NCBI RefSeq assembly: GCF_001194135.2
Contig: NC_068992.1
Coordinates: 45,407,794-45,469,484 of the forward strand
From: Octopus bimaculoides
Lineage: Eukaryota
Length of the DNA stretch: 61,691 bases
Direction: 5' to 3'
Program-made: the position numbers and the translations under genes
In this document: positions 11,369 to 24,209 of the stretch, one piece after another
How positions within the stretch are numbered: the stretch's first letter is position 1
How the letters are laid out: each line of letters opens with the position of its first letter
The notes under the pieces: generated by a model
Seen by the model: the letters and a program-made list of their open reading frames with translations, nothing else
Told to the model about the DNA's origin: nothing
The model's database searches: none

Positions 11369-11584
11369 CGTGCGTGTACGTGTGTGTGTGTGTATGTATG
11401 TATGTATGTATATGTACACACACACACACACGTTTCATATATGCATATATTTGATTATTTATAAATTTTGAACTGCAAAAACTCCCACTACCTTTGTGTC
11501 TCTCAGACATATACATTTACAAATGATAAGCATAAAACTAGCGCCTAAATAACTATCCTAATACTTTACATATTGTGTGCCCAT
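11101..11584. repeat. Near-identical ~183-bp direct repeat across a 10-N gap (11101-11282 and 11401-11584)
   Basis: The copies appear to differ only by one CA unit; Ns at 11283-11292. Confidence 0.95.
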
Positions 11585-12432
11585 ACCCCCTTTTACAAAC
11601 CCGTCTGATTTTATATATAAACACATACACAAACACACAGACACATATAGCATGAGGCATATAAAGGTACACTTAAATTAACCGAATCTTAATTTTTTTA
11701 AACTTGTTACCGTAGCATTAAGAATGATATATAAAATATATTCAGTGGTGACATTAGCTGCTGACATCTGAAAGTAATACAGTTATTCAAGCATAACATT
11801 CAAATTCAAGCATATATATATATCTGTCTCTGTCTTGTGAGTGTGTGTGCGTATCTGTGTATCTATATGCCTGTCTATGTATATGAGGCATATTTAATAT
11901 ATGAGGCATCAAACTATTCCATTGCTGTCATTCTTATTAAATTATCCCTACTTATTCGTCAGAGTTATTTAAATAGCCAGACTTTGTAAGCGAGATGCGT
12001 GGAACTCTAAATTGCCATTAAAATTCTATAGATTTACACAAACAGAATTTATTATGCTTTTTTTTCATTTTATTTATCAAACTTATTTAAATCTATTTAT
12101 TTTATTCATGCAAATCGAACGAATAATGTATTTCCACACGAGATCAGCTTTAAATTTGCCAATTTAAATATAATTCAAATCACATAATTTCCATAAAATT
12201 TAGATTTCCAGCCAGCAACGGTGCCAACAACTCGCTGGCATGCACCGCTATCTTCTTTTCTGTGTTCTCACTCTCAAAGATTATTAGTTCTCCTCATTAT
12301 CTCTGCTGTAACCCATTGATTCTTTTTCTACAATTTCATGAAAAGAATTTAATAGAAAACTGTACACACTCTTCTGTATACATATATGTATATATGTACT
12401 CACACACGCGCACGCACATACACACACACACA

Positions 12433-12476
<44 letters not shown>

Positions 12477-12532
12477 TATATATATACATATGCATACACC
12501 CCCACATATAGTACGCATGCATCTATCGCTCC

Positions 12533-12576
<44 letters not shown>

Positions 12577-13023
12577 CACGTTGAAAAAAGATATTTAAAT
12601 ATTTGACATTTATTACAAACAGAAGAATGAAAAGCTACGGAATAATTCCAAATTATGGATTAGCATATGTAAATCAGATGATGTGTCTATGCTTTGTCTT
12701 AGTCTATTGAAATGTGAGAATACATATTTGTGTTTAGTAAAATTGTTTTATTAAATGTAAACATTTTACATAACGCGAACAATGGACGCGTTAATTTTCT
12801 TGAAACATTGGAATAAGAAAAAGAAAAAAAAAACATCGGAAAATAACTTCCGATACAAATGGAACAAAAGGAAAGGAATATATATATCCATGGGGATTTG
12901 TCAGATAATGAGAATCTGTTTTGATATACGTTTAGGGAGAAATAAGAGAGTCTTTGCTCTGTGTCCGGGGTCATGCACCTGAAACGGAGTATTTCCATAT
13001 GCTCATGGAAAGTTGGAACAAAC

Positions 13024-13036
13024 CTACTACTACTAT

Positions 13037-13093
<57 letters not shown>
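13024..13093. repeat. Compound (CTA)n-(CTG)n microsatellite
   Basis: Direct reading. Confidence 0.98.
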
Positions 13094-13094
<1 letters not shown>

Positions 13095-13311
13095 ACATCA
13101 TTTTTGTTAAAAAAAGATCACAAATAGAGAACATATAACCATGGGAATCTCATAGCATGCTCCTTATTGTTGTAGTTGTTGCTGCTGTTGTTGTTTATAA
13201 TGTTGCTGTTGCTGTTGCTGGTGGTAGCATATATATATACTTGGAAAAATATGTATGGCGTTCAATTAGTGATATAAATAATACAAATATAGATATATAT
13301 ATATGTGTGTG

Positions 13312-13312
<1 letters not shown>

Positions 13313-13406
<94 letters not shown>

Positions 13407-13430
13407 ACGCACACACACACACACACACGC
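13313..13430. repeat. (CA)n microsatellite
   Basis: Direct reading. Confidence 0.98.
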
Positions 13431-14109
13431 ATATATATACTACTTGGGTGTATAATTTATATCTTACCAATTGTCTTAGTGTATGTGAGTACATAAATGA
13501 GATTTAGATATTTAAGTTTGGCTCTTTAGTTTGGTTTCTTAAATTTAGCAAAATAACGACGAAATGAAATCAATAAACTCAATAATTAAAGTTTTATGAT
13601 CATAGCAGTATATGTCCTCTCCTATTTGTACCCAAGCTTCCAGTCGTTATATCTGTTTTCATCCTTATATACGCTTCTGCTTATCATAGTGTTAGTTGTA
13701 GATTTATTTACTCACTCAACATGCAGGTTTGAATTATGACAAAAACTTATATGTACTTATATGTACTGAGTATATGTTGGCGTAGATGATGACATTTTGA
13801 ACTCTGCTGTTGGACTTTGATATACAAAATATCGTTGGTTATGAATAAATGTTCACATTGACTACTTTGGTGATAGATGATCTAATCTATAGATTAAATA
13901 TTCACAGAAAAGAGATTTATGAAACATCAAAAATTGTAAATGATAGGCAACATAGATCCAATAATTGATACATTATATAAATTAGTTTCAATACTAATAG
14001 GTGGCCACAGCTATCATAGGAATCATAAATTAATAGATCATAAATTATACAAATAGCACTGTAATACAGGCCATAGATTAGGCCTAAATTGGGGAAAATC
14101 AGATGGTTA

Positions 14110-14870
14110 GTTCCCAATCCGAACTGCACTGACTGTCCCAGTGTACAATACCATCATCAACCCAATCAGTAGAGGTGGTATATCTCACAGCTCGAGAATC
14201 CTCAAAAACACGACCGAATCAAACTCTTGGCGAAGACCGACATAGGCTGCACGCAACCCCCTGCAGAAAGCTCCGCTTGCGATCAATGAGTGCATGAACA
14301 GTCAGGATCCTGTCAGTAGTTGCCCTCTTTGGCATAAACCCTGAATGCTCCGGCTGCTGAGATGCAAGCTGATAATTTTGCACTCCTTTCAGAGAAGTCT
14401 TTACCGAGCAGTGAGAGGAGTGTAGCAACCTTATAAGTGTTGCACTCGTGGTGGTCCCATTTACCTTTCCAGCGTGGGATACTTGAACCCCACTTTTTGT
14501 CATCCGCTTAGATGTCACTGCTCCAGGTCGAGCAGATGATTCGCCGATAGACCAACACTGCACTAGGTCCAACTTTCTTAATCATCTCTCGATGAATTCC
14601 ACAAACACCGGTTGCCTTTCATCCCTTCGGCTGATTTACTGCTGTACGAATCTTATCTTCTGTTGAATGATCACAGCTGACTAGCTGGTCGGTCACCAGT
14701 GCTGAATGTATTGTGGTATTCAAATCAGTACTAGGTGGTCCACCTCGTACAACTCCTCAAATTCCGGTGCCCAGCGAGCTACTTCCTTGGGTTCCTTCGT
14801 CAGAAGTGTGCCATCATATTCTGAAGGCACACTTTTGTTGAGAAACCCGAGGTGGTAACTCACTGGTCTT
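14110..14870 (-). mobile_element. RTE-clade LINE internal fragment (N-terminal half of the reverse transcriptase), frameshifted
   Basis: Minus strand reads DGTLLTKEPKEVARWAPEFEELY, KATGVCGIHREMIK, IPRWKGKWDHHECNTYKVATLLSLLGK, PEHSGFMPKRATTDRILTVHALIDRKRSF and AAYVGLRQEFDSV...DIPPLLIGLMMVLYTGT. These correspond to the KAPG.DGI, PL.K.KGD...C.NYR.I.LLS..GK, Q.GF...RST.D and D..KAFDSV blocks, in order. Confidence 0.88.
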
Positions 14871-15884
14871 CATATTCTTAGGAACTAATCTGTTTTAATT
14901 TAAATCAATACTTAGTAACCCTTGTTTCATTATTGTTACCTCTGCGGCACATTTTGGATTGCGGCACATTTTGGATATTACATCTCAAAACACCGTTGTG
15001 TAAAAGATTACGGGAAACTAGTAATGAAATCGTATTTTAACATCATATGCTAGTTCTATAGATAGACACATACAAGTGACATCAATTGATTCTAAAGGGG
15101 CAAAGGTAAAAAGATTTTATTAGCTAAATTTAATTTTCTAAGTTACACTTTCACTTCATTTAACGATAAAGCACACTGAATTATCTGTTATCTGAGAGAT
15201 GTAGATCACATAACTGTTTGATCTCATTCTTTTGGGAGACGTTTTTATAATTGTTTTGTATATGTTCTAAGAGAGAGTTTGTTTGATGTTAATAAAGATA
15301 TCATACACCATTACAGAAAAATTAAGAGGGCAATATCTCTACAAATTTAATGGCGGTACATCTATAGTATACATGTGTGTAGCGGGTAGTGTTTCAGGTA
15401 CTTCAGTGAGTAATGATCCTGCCCGTCACGAGTTCAATGCTCAACCAAATCTAACAGACACCACCCAGGAAAGGATCCATGTCCAAGAGTAGAAATTACG
15501 TATTTGGCAGTAGAAGGGTAAATGTAACAACAATGATCGATAATTTGGTGGTATTATAAAAGATAATGAAACTATTAGAGGTGGTCTTTAATTGACTGAG
15601 GGTTTGGTAATATATGTGAATATATATACACAAGTTTGCAGCAGCTGTTCCGGATTCATGGTGCTATTAGCACCAGTTAATTAAATCACACAAGTAATTG
15701 TGTATTTATCATTGTTCTTATTATCCGGTATAATTACTTCTAGTATTGTGGATTGGCTTATGCAGTAGAACGCCGGTCTTACACGGCTGGATGTTATGTA
15801 TCCTCGTGACTCCCCTCCTCCTTTCCTCCTCCACCTCTTCCTCCTCCTCCTTCTCATTTCCATCACCATCATCGAGGCGACACA

Positions 15885-16207
15885 CTTTTGGTGGATCGGG
15901 CCAAAATTCTATGCAGTATTTTCTTCCGAGTCTTTACATTCTAAGCTCAAATACTACCGTGGTTGACTTTGCCTTTCACCCTTTCGGAGTCGATAACATA
16001 AAGTCTAGTCGATCTAATCGACTATCTACACATAAAACCCAAATTTCAGGCTTGTGCCTATAGTAGAAAGGTTTGTTATTATTATCATCATGATTCTTCT
16101 TCTTCTTCTTCTTCTTCTTCTTCTTCTTCTTCTTCTTCTTCTTCTTCTTCTTCTTCTTCTTCTTCTTCTTCTTCTTCTTCTTCTTCTTCTTCTTCTTCTT
16201 CTTCTTC

Positions 16208-16239
<32 letters not shown>

Positions 16240-16262
16240 ATCATCATCATCATCATCATCAC
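15885..16262 (+). mobile_element. SINE family B with compound tail (CTT)n-(CGT)n-(CAT)n
   Basis: GCTCAAATACTACCGTGGTTGACTTTGCCTTTCACCCTTTCGGAGTCGATAA...GGCTTGTGCCTATAGTAGAAAG, then (CTT)n 16094-16211, (CGT)n to 16239 and (CAT)n to 16260. Confidence 0.85.
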
Positions 16263-17152
16263 CATGATTATTATTACAATTGTTGTCGTCATTGTTGATA
16301 TTATTACAACGGTCGAAGACCAAAAGTAAAGCAAGTTTGAAATAACAATATAATATTATTGACCATAATTACAAACCGCAATATAATATTATTACAGATG
16401 AAAGACAGCTAATAAAAGCAATGATAGAAGTAAAATTATTTCAGATTATATTTCCTACTTTATTACTCCAGTTTTCATATTCTTCACTATTCATGCCCTT
16501 GTAGAATAGTGTTACAATTAATCAGATTATTGGTGGTGACAAATAATATTACGTACATATATATCAGTTGATTGTGCTTTTGTTTCATCAAAATGTTCAT
16601 CAACTTGCCAAAGAACTTTCAAATATTTGGATAAACTTACATTAAAAATAAAGAATCAGTAAATGTGTTACGTCTGATAGAAAATGAAAATGGTATCAAA
16701 GTTTCAAGCATTCGTTCAAGAAAGAGCAAAGAGAGTTTTAAAACGAAAGAAATATTTGTCTGAGTTCTTTCAAAGTTTATCTTCGTTACTTTCACCAAAA
16801 GCGTCATTTGTCACATCAATGTGCCAGTTTCGTAAAAAGAAAAAAAAAAACTCTAGAAATTCCTGAAAATATTCACAATTCAAAAAGCTTAACAGGTGGA
16901 AATTTTAATTTTTATTTGTGAATTCCCTACCTGCTTTAGTTTTATGTAAGACTGTGTGGTATTGTGGGCTCTAACTTATTGAAAGAAGTTTAATGTACCT
17001 GCACGGAATTTCGCTGTTATTTCTGGCGAATCTGGTAATCATCTATGCCTAAAACTTTATATATAAAACTCTTTATTTGGCTCACTATTTTCTACACTCA
17101 TGATCATGCCCCTGGCAAACTGATGTCTTTAAGATTGCGTGTTCACACTAAT

Positions 17153-17236
<84 letters not shown>

Positions 17237-17243
17237 GCACACA
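17153..17243. repeat. (CA)n microsatellite
   Basis: Direct reading. Confidence 0.98.
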
Positions 17244-18075
17244 GAAGCACACACACATTTATGCATATCTGTTACCAAGAATATATCCTATATTCTACAT
17301 ATTTCAGAATTGAAATTGTCGTTCAGTGTCTCCTCTGTATTTGTTTTTTGTTTATATTTTCATATTCTTTCTTCCTTTTTTTTTTTGCATCTTCGTTTTC
17401 CTTTATTCCCCCCTCTTGCTTTTCCTCAAAGAATGTTCTAGGAAAATAGAGTATTTAATCAATAATATCCGTGAACCATTGGTTTCAAATATCTGTTGAT
17501 CTTGGAGACATCAGCAAATTCTCATAGAGAAATTGTGCAAAACAATAAGCAACGAACAAAACTTTCCATGTTTTAATGCCTCTTTTCTTTTCTTCGTTGA
17601 CGTCAAAACTCGTTTATTTTTCTAAGGAACTTCTTTTATTTTTTGCTCACCTCCCCTACCACCACTTTTACCTCCTACCTCACTCCCTTATTCATTCACT
17701 ATATTTCTCTCCTTTCGACTTTACGCTTCTCTCACTATCTCTCCTCTTCTCTTCCACACTCTCTCTATGTTTCCCTTTGGAATCCTTTATCAGAATTTGC
17801 ATAATTTAGTAAAAGTTATTGAAATATGAGAAATACAATCTCTGATAATAGTAAAATGTCTATGTAAGATTAAAAAGACTGCTGGAGCGTTCATTCTTTG
17901 ATGTGTGCATGTGTGCACATCATATGTTTGCGTGTATGTGTGTGTGTACAAGTGTGTATGTGTACATAATATAACTGTGTTGGGTGTACGTATGTATGCG
18001 TTTGTGCGTGTGCATAACACGAGAAAATATTCAGATAGACTTGATCGTATATTTAACAAAATAAAAGTAATAAAG

Positions 18076-18224
<149 letters not shown>

Positions 18225-18319
18225 ATATGCTCAAAACAATGCAGGAAAAACACCACAAGGAGGGAAACATGCTATATATTTACAGAGATAAATATTTCAT
18301 ACCATTCTAACGTGTACGT

Positions 18320-18553
18320 GTGTGTGTGTGTATATACTTATATACATACACACATACACATATAGATGTGTGTGTATATGTGTGTATGTGTGTCTGTCTG
18401 TCTGTCTTTTTATCTGTCTGTATACGTGTTTCCATATGCGCATGTGTTCTTTAGTGTCTACCAATGTAGATATAAACGGAGGGAAACATTGTTGAGTGCG
18501 TGATTGTATTAGACAATACAAGTTTGTTTGCGCGCGCGGTCGTATGTTTGTGT

Positions 18554-18584
<31 letters not shown>

Positions 18585-19025
18585 CATTCCGCAGCGGGTG
18601 TGTGTGTTTATGTTTGTGTGTGAATATCGATGCTTTGATCGATTTATTGGTTATCCGTATTCTGTCATATTTTCGATCGTTCCGCCATCTGACCAAATCT
18701 CTGAAATCTGGGTGAGCAACACACAGACACACACAGACACATACACACACACGCACACACACAGACATACACACACACACACGCACACACATACACACAA
18801 ACACACACACAGACATACATACAGAGAGACTCACACGCGCGCGTACATACTTGAAAGTGTGTATATGTGTATATATATATGTATATGTATAGACATAGAC
18901 ACAGAAATACACACACATGCACACACGCATACACACGCACACACTTACGTATATATATATATATGTATATATATATACATATACATACATTCATATACAT
19001 ACATACACACACACATACACACTCA

Positions 19026-19074
<49 letters not shown>

Positions 19075-19075
19075 G
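18320..19075. repeat. Cluster of TG/CA/TA cryptic microsatellites
   Basis: Direct reading; this is the source of the 278-aa and 179-aa track ORFs. Confidence 0.93.
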
Positions 19076-19450
19076 TGCATGCTTTACTTACCTTATTTTT
19101 TCTGTTTTCAATTTTTATATCTCCTACCTCACATTTTCTCATCTCTTCCCATTCCCCGCCTTTTCTATCCCTCTCCCTCTCCTTTTCATTCTCTCTTCTC
19201 TTTCTCCTAACGACCATTTCTTATTCCTTTCTTCTCTTATCTCAACCCAACTTTACTTTGATGAACACCGACTTCCTTCTTACACCACCATCTTCTCGAC
19301 AATCTTTTATCTCCGTCTCTATTCTCATCTAGCTTTTACTCTTTTTTTTTCTTATATTTCATTCTAGATAGCACTCTACTTGAAGCTATTCGATCTATGC
19401 AGGCCATGCAACGAATTTCTGATTATTGTTGTTGTTATTGTAGTTTATTA

Positions 19451-19452
<2 letters not shown>

Positions 19453-19523
<71 letters not shown>
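19453..19523. repeat. (ATT)n microsatellite
   Basis: Direct reading. Confidence 0.98.
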
Positions 19524-19524
<1 letters not shown>

Positions 19525-19854
19525 TTTATTATTTCGTTTTAAGTAGTTTCAAGCCACCGTTACTATAGCTCCACCCATGTTCCCCTCTGACAATATAAGC
19601 AGTTGTGAAATATTGGCGCTTTGGAATTGTGGAAACGTGTTTCTCTTACATCTTGTATAGTCGTTCCAAGGTTTCGAATTTCGGTAACTTGTTTTGTTCT
19701 CGATGTGATAAATACTTTTCTTAGTACTAATAGATGTTCCTGCAGTATATTTGATGCTTATGTTGTCATTAATTGTACTAGTCATAAATATGATGTGGTT
19801 TTGGTATCGAACACGCTGCTTATTATATTCTAATAGTGCCTTTCTTCAAGTTAT

Positions 19855-19950
19855 CCAATACAATAATGAGGGGAGTTGCTTGACGAGACGAAGAACGAAA
19901 TGGTTGGACAATATAGTTGACCGTGCTTGAGAATACAGCCAGAAAATCTT
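19855..19950 (+). mobile_element. Possible short RTE-type LINE C-terminal remnant
   Basis: TIMRGV then (frameshift) TRRRTKWLDNIVD, resembling the RTE C-terminal G.V.G.R.RGRPR..W.D.I motif. Confidence 0.4.
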
Positions 19951-20069
19951 ATATCTGTTCCTTCTCGAAGGACCCACTGGAGGACGTACCTGAAAACTCC
20001 CAAAAATATTGCCCGGAGTTGATGTCTGGCTGGAAATATATTTGTATACATATGTTTGTGTGTGTGTAT

Positions 20070-20459
20070 TCTTTTACATGCTTCACTCATTTGACTGTGG
20101 CCATGCTTGACCACCATTTTAAAGGGTTTTAGTCGAAAAAATCGACCCATGGACTTATTCTTTGTGAGCCTAGTACTTATTCTATCGGTTTCTTTTGCCA
20201 AACAGCTAAGTAAACACACTAACATCGGGTGCCAAGCCATGGTGGGTAGGCAAACACAAGCAGAACGCCACACACACGCATAAATATATATACATATATA
20301 CGACTGGTTTCTTTCTGTTTCCTTCTAACAAATCTACTCACAAGTATTTAGTCACCTTAGGCTATAGTAGAAGACACTTGCCCAAGGTGCCACGCAGTGG
20401 AACTGAACCCAGAACTTTGTGGTTCGGAGCGAGCTTCTTACCACACAGTCATGCCTGCG
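20070..20459 (-). mobile_element. SINE family A, full-length diverged copy
   Basis: Head GCAGGCATGACTGTGTGGTAAGAAGC...GGGTTCAGTTCC, body CCTTGGGCAAGTGTCTTCTACTATAGCC, internal TA/TG stretch, and 3' module GATAGAATAAGTACTAGGCT...GAATAAGTCC. Confidence 0.92.
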
Positions 20460-20547
20460 CTTATAGATACATACATATATGTCCAATAATACTATCCATA
20501 TCACGTCCTCACTTTGTTGTTTTTTTGTTTTTTTGTTATTGTTTTTT

Positions 20548-20600
<53 letters not shown>

Positions 20601-21572
20601 GTATATATGTATGTATATGGGTATATACACTATAATAAAAGTCAGGTCGTATGAGATGAATATATTTATTTCACATGCATAAGATTACGATCGTTCTGTG
20701 CCAACATCATTGAAAAATAATCTATTTTAATGTATAATGTTATTTTACATATGCTGTAAATTATATAATACTTTTATACAATTTACAAAGTAATACATAT
20801 AGATTTATATATGCATATACTTGGAAACGGCTGCGTCGCGTCCAATTAAATAATAAATAATAAATATCATATATATATATATATATATACATGCATGCAT
20901 GTATTGGTACAGGACGTCACCGACGGTGCAAATAACATGAAATGCATAAACAAACGCGGGGAAAATGAGAGAAAAACGTTTATGATACTGTATATTGCAT
21001 TACGTGGTATTCCAGATTATAATAGTGCCAGACCAGGGGCTGGAATCGCCATTACTCATTTAGCTTGTTAAAAATTATTGAATATTGGACCATTTAACAC
21101 AATATGTACGAGCACACACACTCACACACACAGTCATACACACAGTTACACACACACAGTCTCACACACACAGACAGACAGACACAGATAGGTGACCATA
21201 TTTTGAACAGAAAAGATGTCTGCCTTTCATTTCAATAGAATGCCACTTGACCCTTACATAAACAATATACGTATATAAGAGGAGAATTTAAGAGAAAATA
21301 TGAAACATTGTATAAGAGAATAAAGTGCTTTAATCTTTAATTCTTATGTCCTAATTCTTGTCTGCGAATCATTAATACTTAACAAGATAGACATATACAT
21401 CGAAACCGGCAATATTTTATATAAAAATTACTTACTACAACAAATATAAAAATACTTATCCTCTCCGATTAAAGAAAAAATAAAAGAAACTGAATCTTTA
21501 AGCATGCTTCTCTGTTGCTTCCACTTTTACTTGTAACTATAACCTTTGATTTTTATGGATTCTTAACACCTC

Positions 21573-21612
<40 letters not shown>

Positions 21613-21809
21613 TACCTACATCTGCATTATTAGATATATGTAGACATGTGTGTGTGTGTGTTCTTGTGTGTGTGTTCTGTGCACATACATTCATATTGAC
21701 AGGCAGTTGAACATACATGCATATATATTATGCTGGAGCTACGATGGTTGTAATATTTCTCCTACGGATCTGTGTCGAGTCAAATATGACAGAAAATAAA
21801 AGTCAATTG

Positions 21810-21990
21810 AATGCCGCCGCTTCGAAAATCAAACAACATATGAGGAACAGTTGGACTTAACATGCGAGGAACTCAACCAATCAGAAATAACTGACAAATC
21901 GCGGGTCATTGGTTAATTTCTCTCTACTGACTTTCGTCAGTCATGCGTGAAGCCTTACAGAGAATCCGGACAATAAAAATTCTACTACAA
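21810..21990. promoter_or_regulatory. Candidate promoter/enhancer: two oppositely oriented CCAAT boxes 31 bp apart plus a CRE-half-site palindrome in CpG-rich unique sequence
   Basis: AACCAATCAG (CCAAT 21877-21881), GTCATTGGTT (ATTGG 21908-21912), ACTGAC-TTTC-GTCAGT at 21926-21941; locally many CpGs. Confidence 0.35.
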
Positions 21991-22609
21991 GCGTCAATCT
22001 GTTGTTTGCCTACTGACTGGTTAAGTGCTGCATTAAGTCTAATTCAATGAAGTAGGGGTGGGGTGGTATTACTATTGGCAATTTGGAACAAATTCTCTTA
22101 GAGGAATTTCTGCCATATCGAGCACGAATTATCAGTAAAATACAACTCTAATAGTTATTCTTTATCCTACCTAAAACTGATTGAAATAACACTGAAATAC
22201 ATGTTGTCTGGCAGACTGAATGGAAAATAATTGTTCAAAGGCTGAATGGGCTTGCTTTCGGATACAGTGTTCTGGTAAAACGAGAAACATAAACCACAAA
22301 TGTCATCGCAGAGATCTGAGGATTGAAGAGAGACAAAATAATTCATTTCATTTTCTCATATAATGCAAAGACCCACAAAACGTTAATGAATGTAACTTTG
22401 TCAATACATGCACACACACACATATATACACGCATACTCATACAACACGCAGGACACACACAACCGCACATACACGCACATGCACACATATATGCGCACA
22501 TATAAACGCACACACATTAAAACGAACAGCATTAACGTTATATAATTAAAAAATCTTTGAGTGGCAAAGAAAAAAATAAGCACATAAAACTACAACTTCA
22601 AAATATTTA

Positions 22610-22833
22610 TCTCTTTATTGCCGAGAAGGGGGCTAAACATAAAGGTGACAAACAAGGACAGTCAAAGGGATTGAGTTGATTACATCGATCCCAATGCGTA
22701 AGTAGTACTTATTTAATCGACCCTAATGGATGAAAGGCAAAGTCGACCTCGGCGGAAATTGAACTCAGAACGTAACGGCAGACGAAATACCACTAAACAT
22801 TTCGTCCGGCGTGCTAATGTTTCTTCCAGCTTA
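22610..22833 (-). mobile_element. SINE family B, near full-length
   Basis: Reverse complement: TAAGCTGGAAGAAACATTAGCACGCCGGACGAAATG...GTTCTGAGTTCAATTTCCGCCGAGGTCGACTTTGCCTTTCATCC...GGGTCGATTAAATAAGTAC. Confidence 0.92.
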
Positions 22834-23010
22834 CAACTCAAAAATAATGACTTATTTGCATGATATATAAACCTGTTGTGGCATTTCTCTGCATATGTGT
22901 GATGTAGTGAATTATTTTCTAAACTACACAGGTCTGTAAGCGCAATGCATATCTTGATTTCCATTGCGTCGATTGGATAATGACTCTCTCTTCATTTCGT
23001 ATATTTTTTA

Positions 23011-23250
23011 TCTTTTACTTATTTCAGTCATTTCACTGCGGTCATGGTGGGGCACCACCATGAACGGTTTTAGTCGAATAAATCGGCCCCAAAACTTTTT
23101 TAAAGCCAAGTACTTATTCTGTCGGTGTCTTGGGCCGAACCGCTTGGTTACGGTGACGTAACTACACTCCCGCTGTTTGTTAAGCAAAAGGGAGGACAAA
23201 CATAAACAAAAAGACGCACACAGACATATACATACATATACATGTGTGTG
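23011..23250 (-). mobile_element. SINE family A 3' module; the head probably lies in the adjacent gap
   Basis: TTTCAGTCATTTCACTGCGGTCATGGTGG...AGTACTTATTCTGTCGG...GCCGAACCGCTTGGTTACGG matches the 3' module at 20070-20240 and 1-60. Confidence 0.85.
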
Positions 23251-23280
23251 CCTGCGTGTGTTTGTATATATATATATATA

Positions 23281-24079
23281 NNNNNNNNNNNNNNNNNNNN
23301 NNNNNNNNNNNNNNNNNNNNNNNNNNNNNNNNNNNNNNNNNNNNNNNNNNNNNNNNNNNNNNNNNNNNNNNNNNNNNNNNNNNNNNNNNNNNNNNNNNNN
23401 NNNNNNNNNNNNNNNNNNNNNNNNNNNNNNNNNNNNNNNNNNNNNNNNNNNNNNNNNNNNNNNNNNNNNNNNNNNNNNNNNNNNNNNNNNNNNNNNNNNN
23501 NNNNNNNNNNNNNNNNNNNNNNNNNNNNNNNNNNNNNNNNNNNNNNNNNNNNNNNNNNNNNNNNNNNNNNNNNNNNNNNNNNNNNNNNNNNNNNNNNNNN
23601 NNNNNNNNNNNNNNNNNNNNNNNNNNNNNNNNNNNNNNNNNNNNNNNNNNNNNNNNNNNNNNNNNNNNNNNNNNNNNNNNNNNNNNNNNNNNNNNNNNNN
23701 NNNNNNNNNNNNNNNNNNNNNNNNNNNNNNNNNNNNNNNNNNNNNNNNNNNNNNNNNNNNNNNNNNNNNNNNNNNNNNNNNNNNNNNNNNNNNNNNNNNN
23801 NNNNNNNNNNNNNNNNNNNNNNNNNNNNNNNNNNNNNNNNNNNNNNNNNNNNNNNNNNNNNNNNNNNNNNNNNNNNNNNNNNNNNNNNNNNNNNNNNNNN
23901 NNNNNNNNNNNNNNNNNNNNNNNNNNNNNNNNNNNNNNNNNNNNNNNNNNNNNNNNNNNNNNNNNNNNNNNNNNNNNNNNNNNNNNNNNNNNNNNNNNNN
24001 NNNNNNNNNNNNNNNNNNNNNNNNNNNNNNNNNNNNNNNNNNNNNNNNNNNNNNNNNNNNNNNNNNNNNNNNNNNNNNN
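23281..24079. other. Assembly gap (799 N); other gaps at 4510-4559, 11283-11292, 30077-30086, 36996-37127, 39732-39741, 42613-43221, 45844-46425, 59510-59519
   Basis: Direct reading. Confidence 1.
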
Positions 24080-24178
24080 ACACACACACCCACACACACA
24101 CTCACACACGCACACACACACTCACACACACACACGCATACATATATATATATATATACATACAGACATACAGACATG

Positions 24179-24209
<31 letters not shown>

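Noticed and set aside
14943-14976. 17-bp unit repeated twice (TGCGGCACATTTTGGAT)
   Set aside because: Simple slippage duplication with no spacer; not CRISPR-like and not a TSD.
15659-15675. TGGTGCTA-T-TAGCACCA palindrome
   Set aside because: Several 8-bp inverted repeats are expected by chance in this length, and nothing in the context supports it.
18496-19332. Longest gap-free track ORF (278 aa) and similar HT/VC/YI/poly-residue ORFs throughout
   Set aside because: These are translations of CA/TG/TA and triplet microsatellites, which lack stop codons by composition; they contain no domain content.
19549-19785. 78-aa ORF vaguely like a Penelope GIY-YIG segment
   Set aside because: The GIY/YIG residues are absent; similarity is too weak to call without a search.
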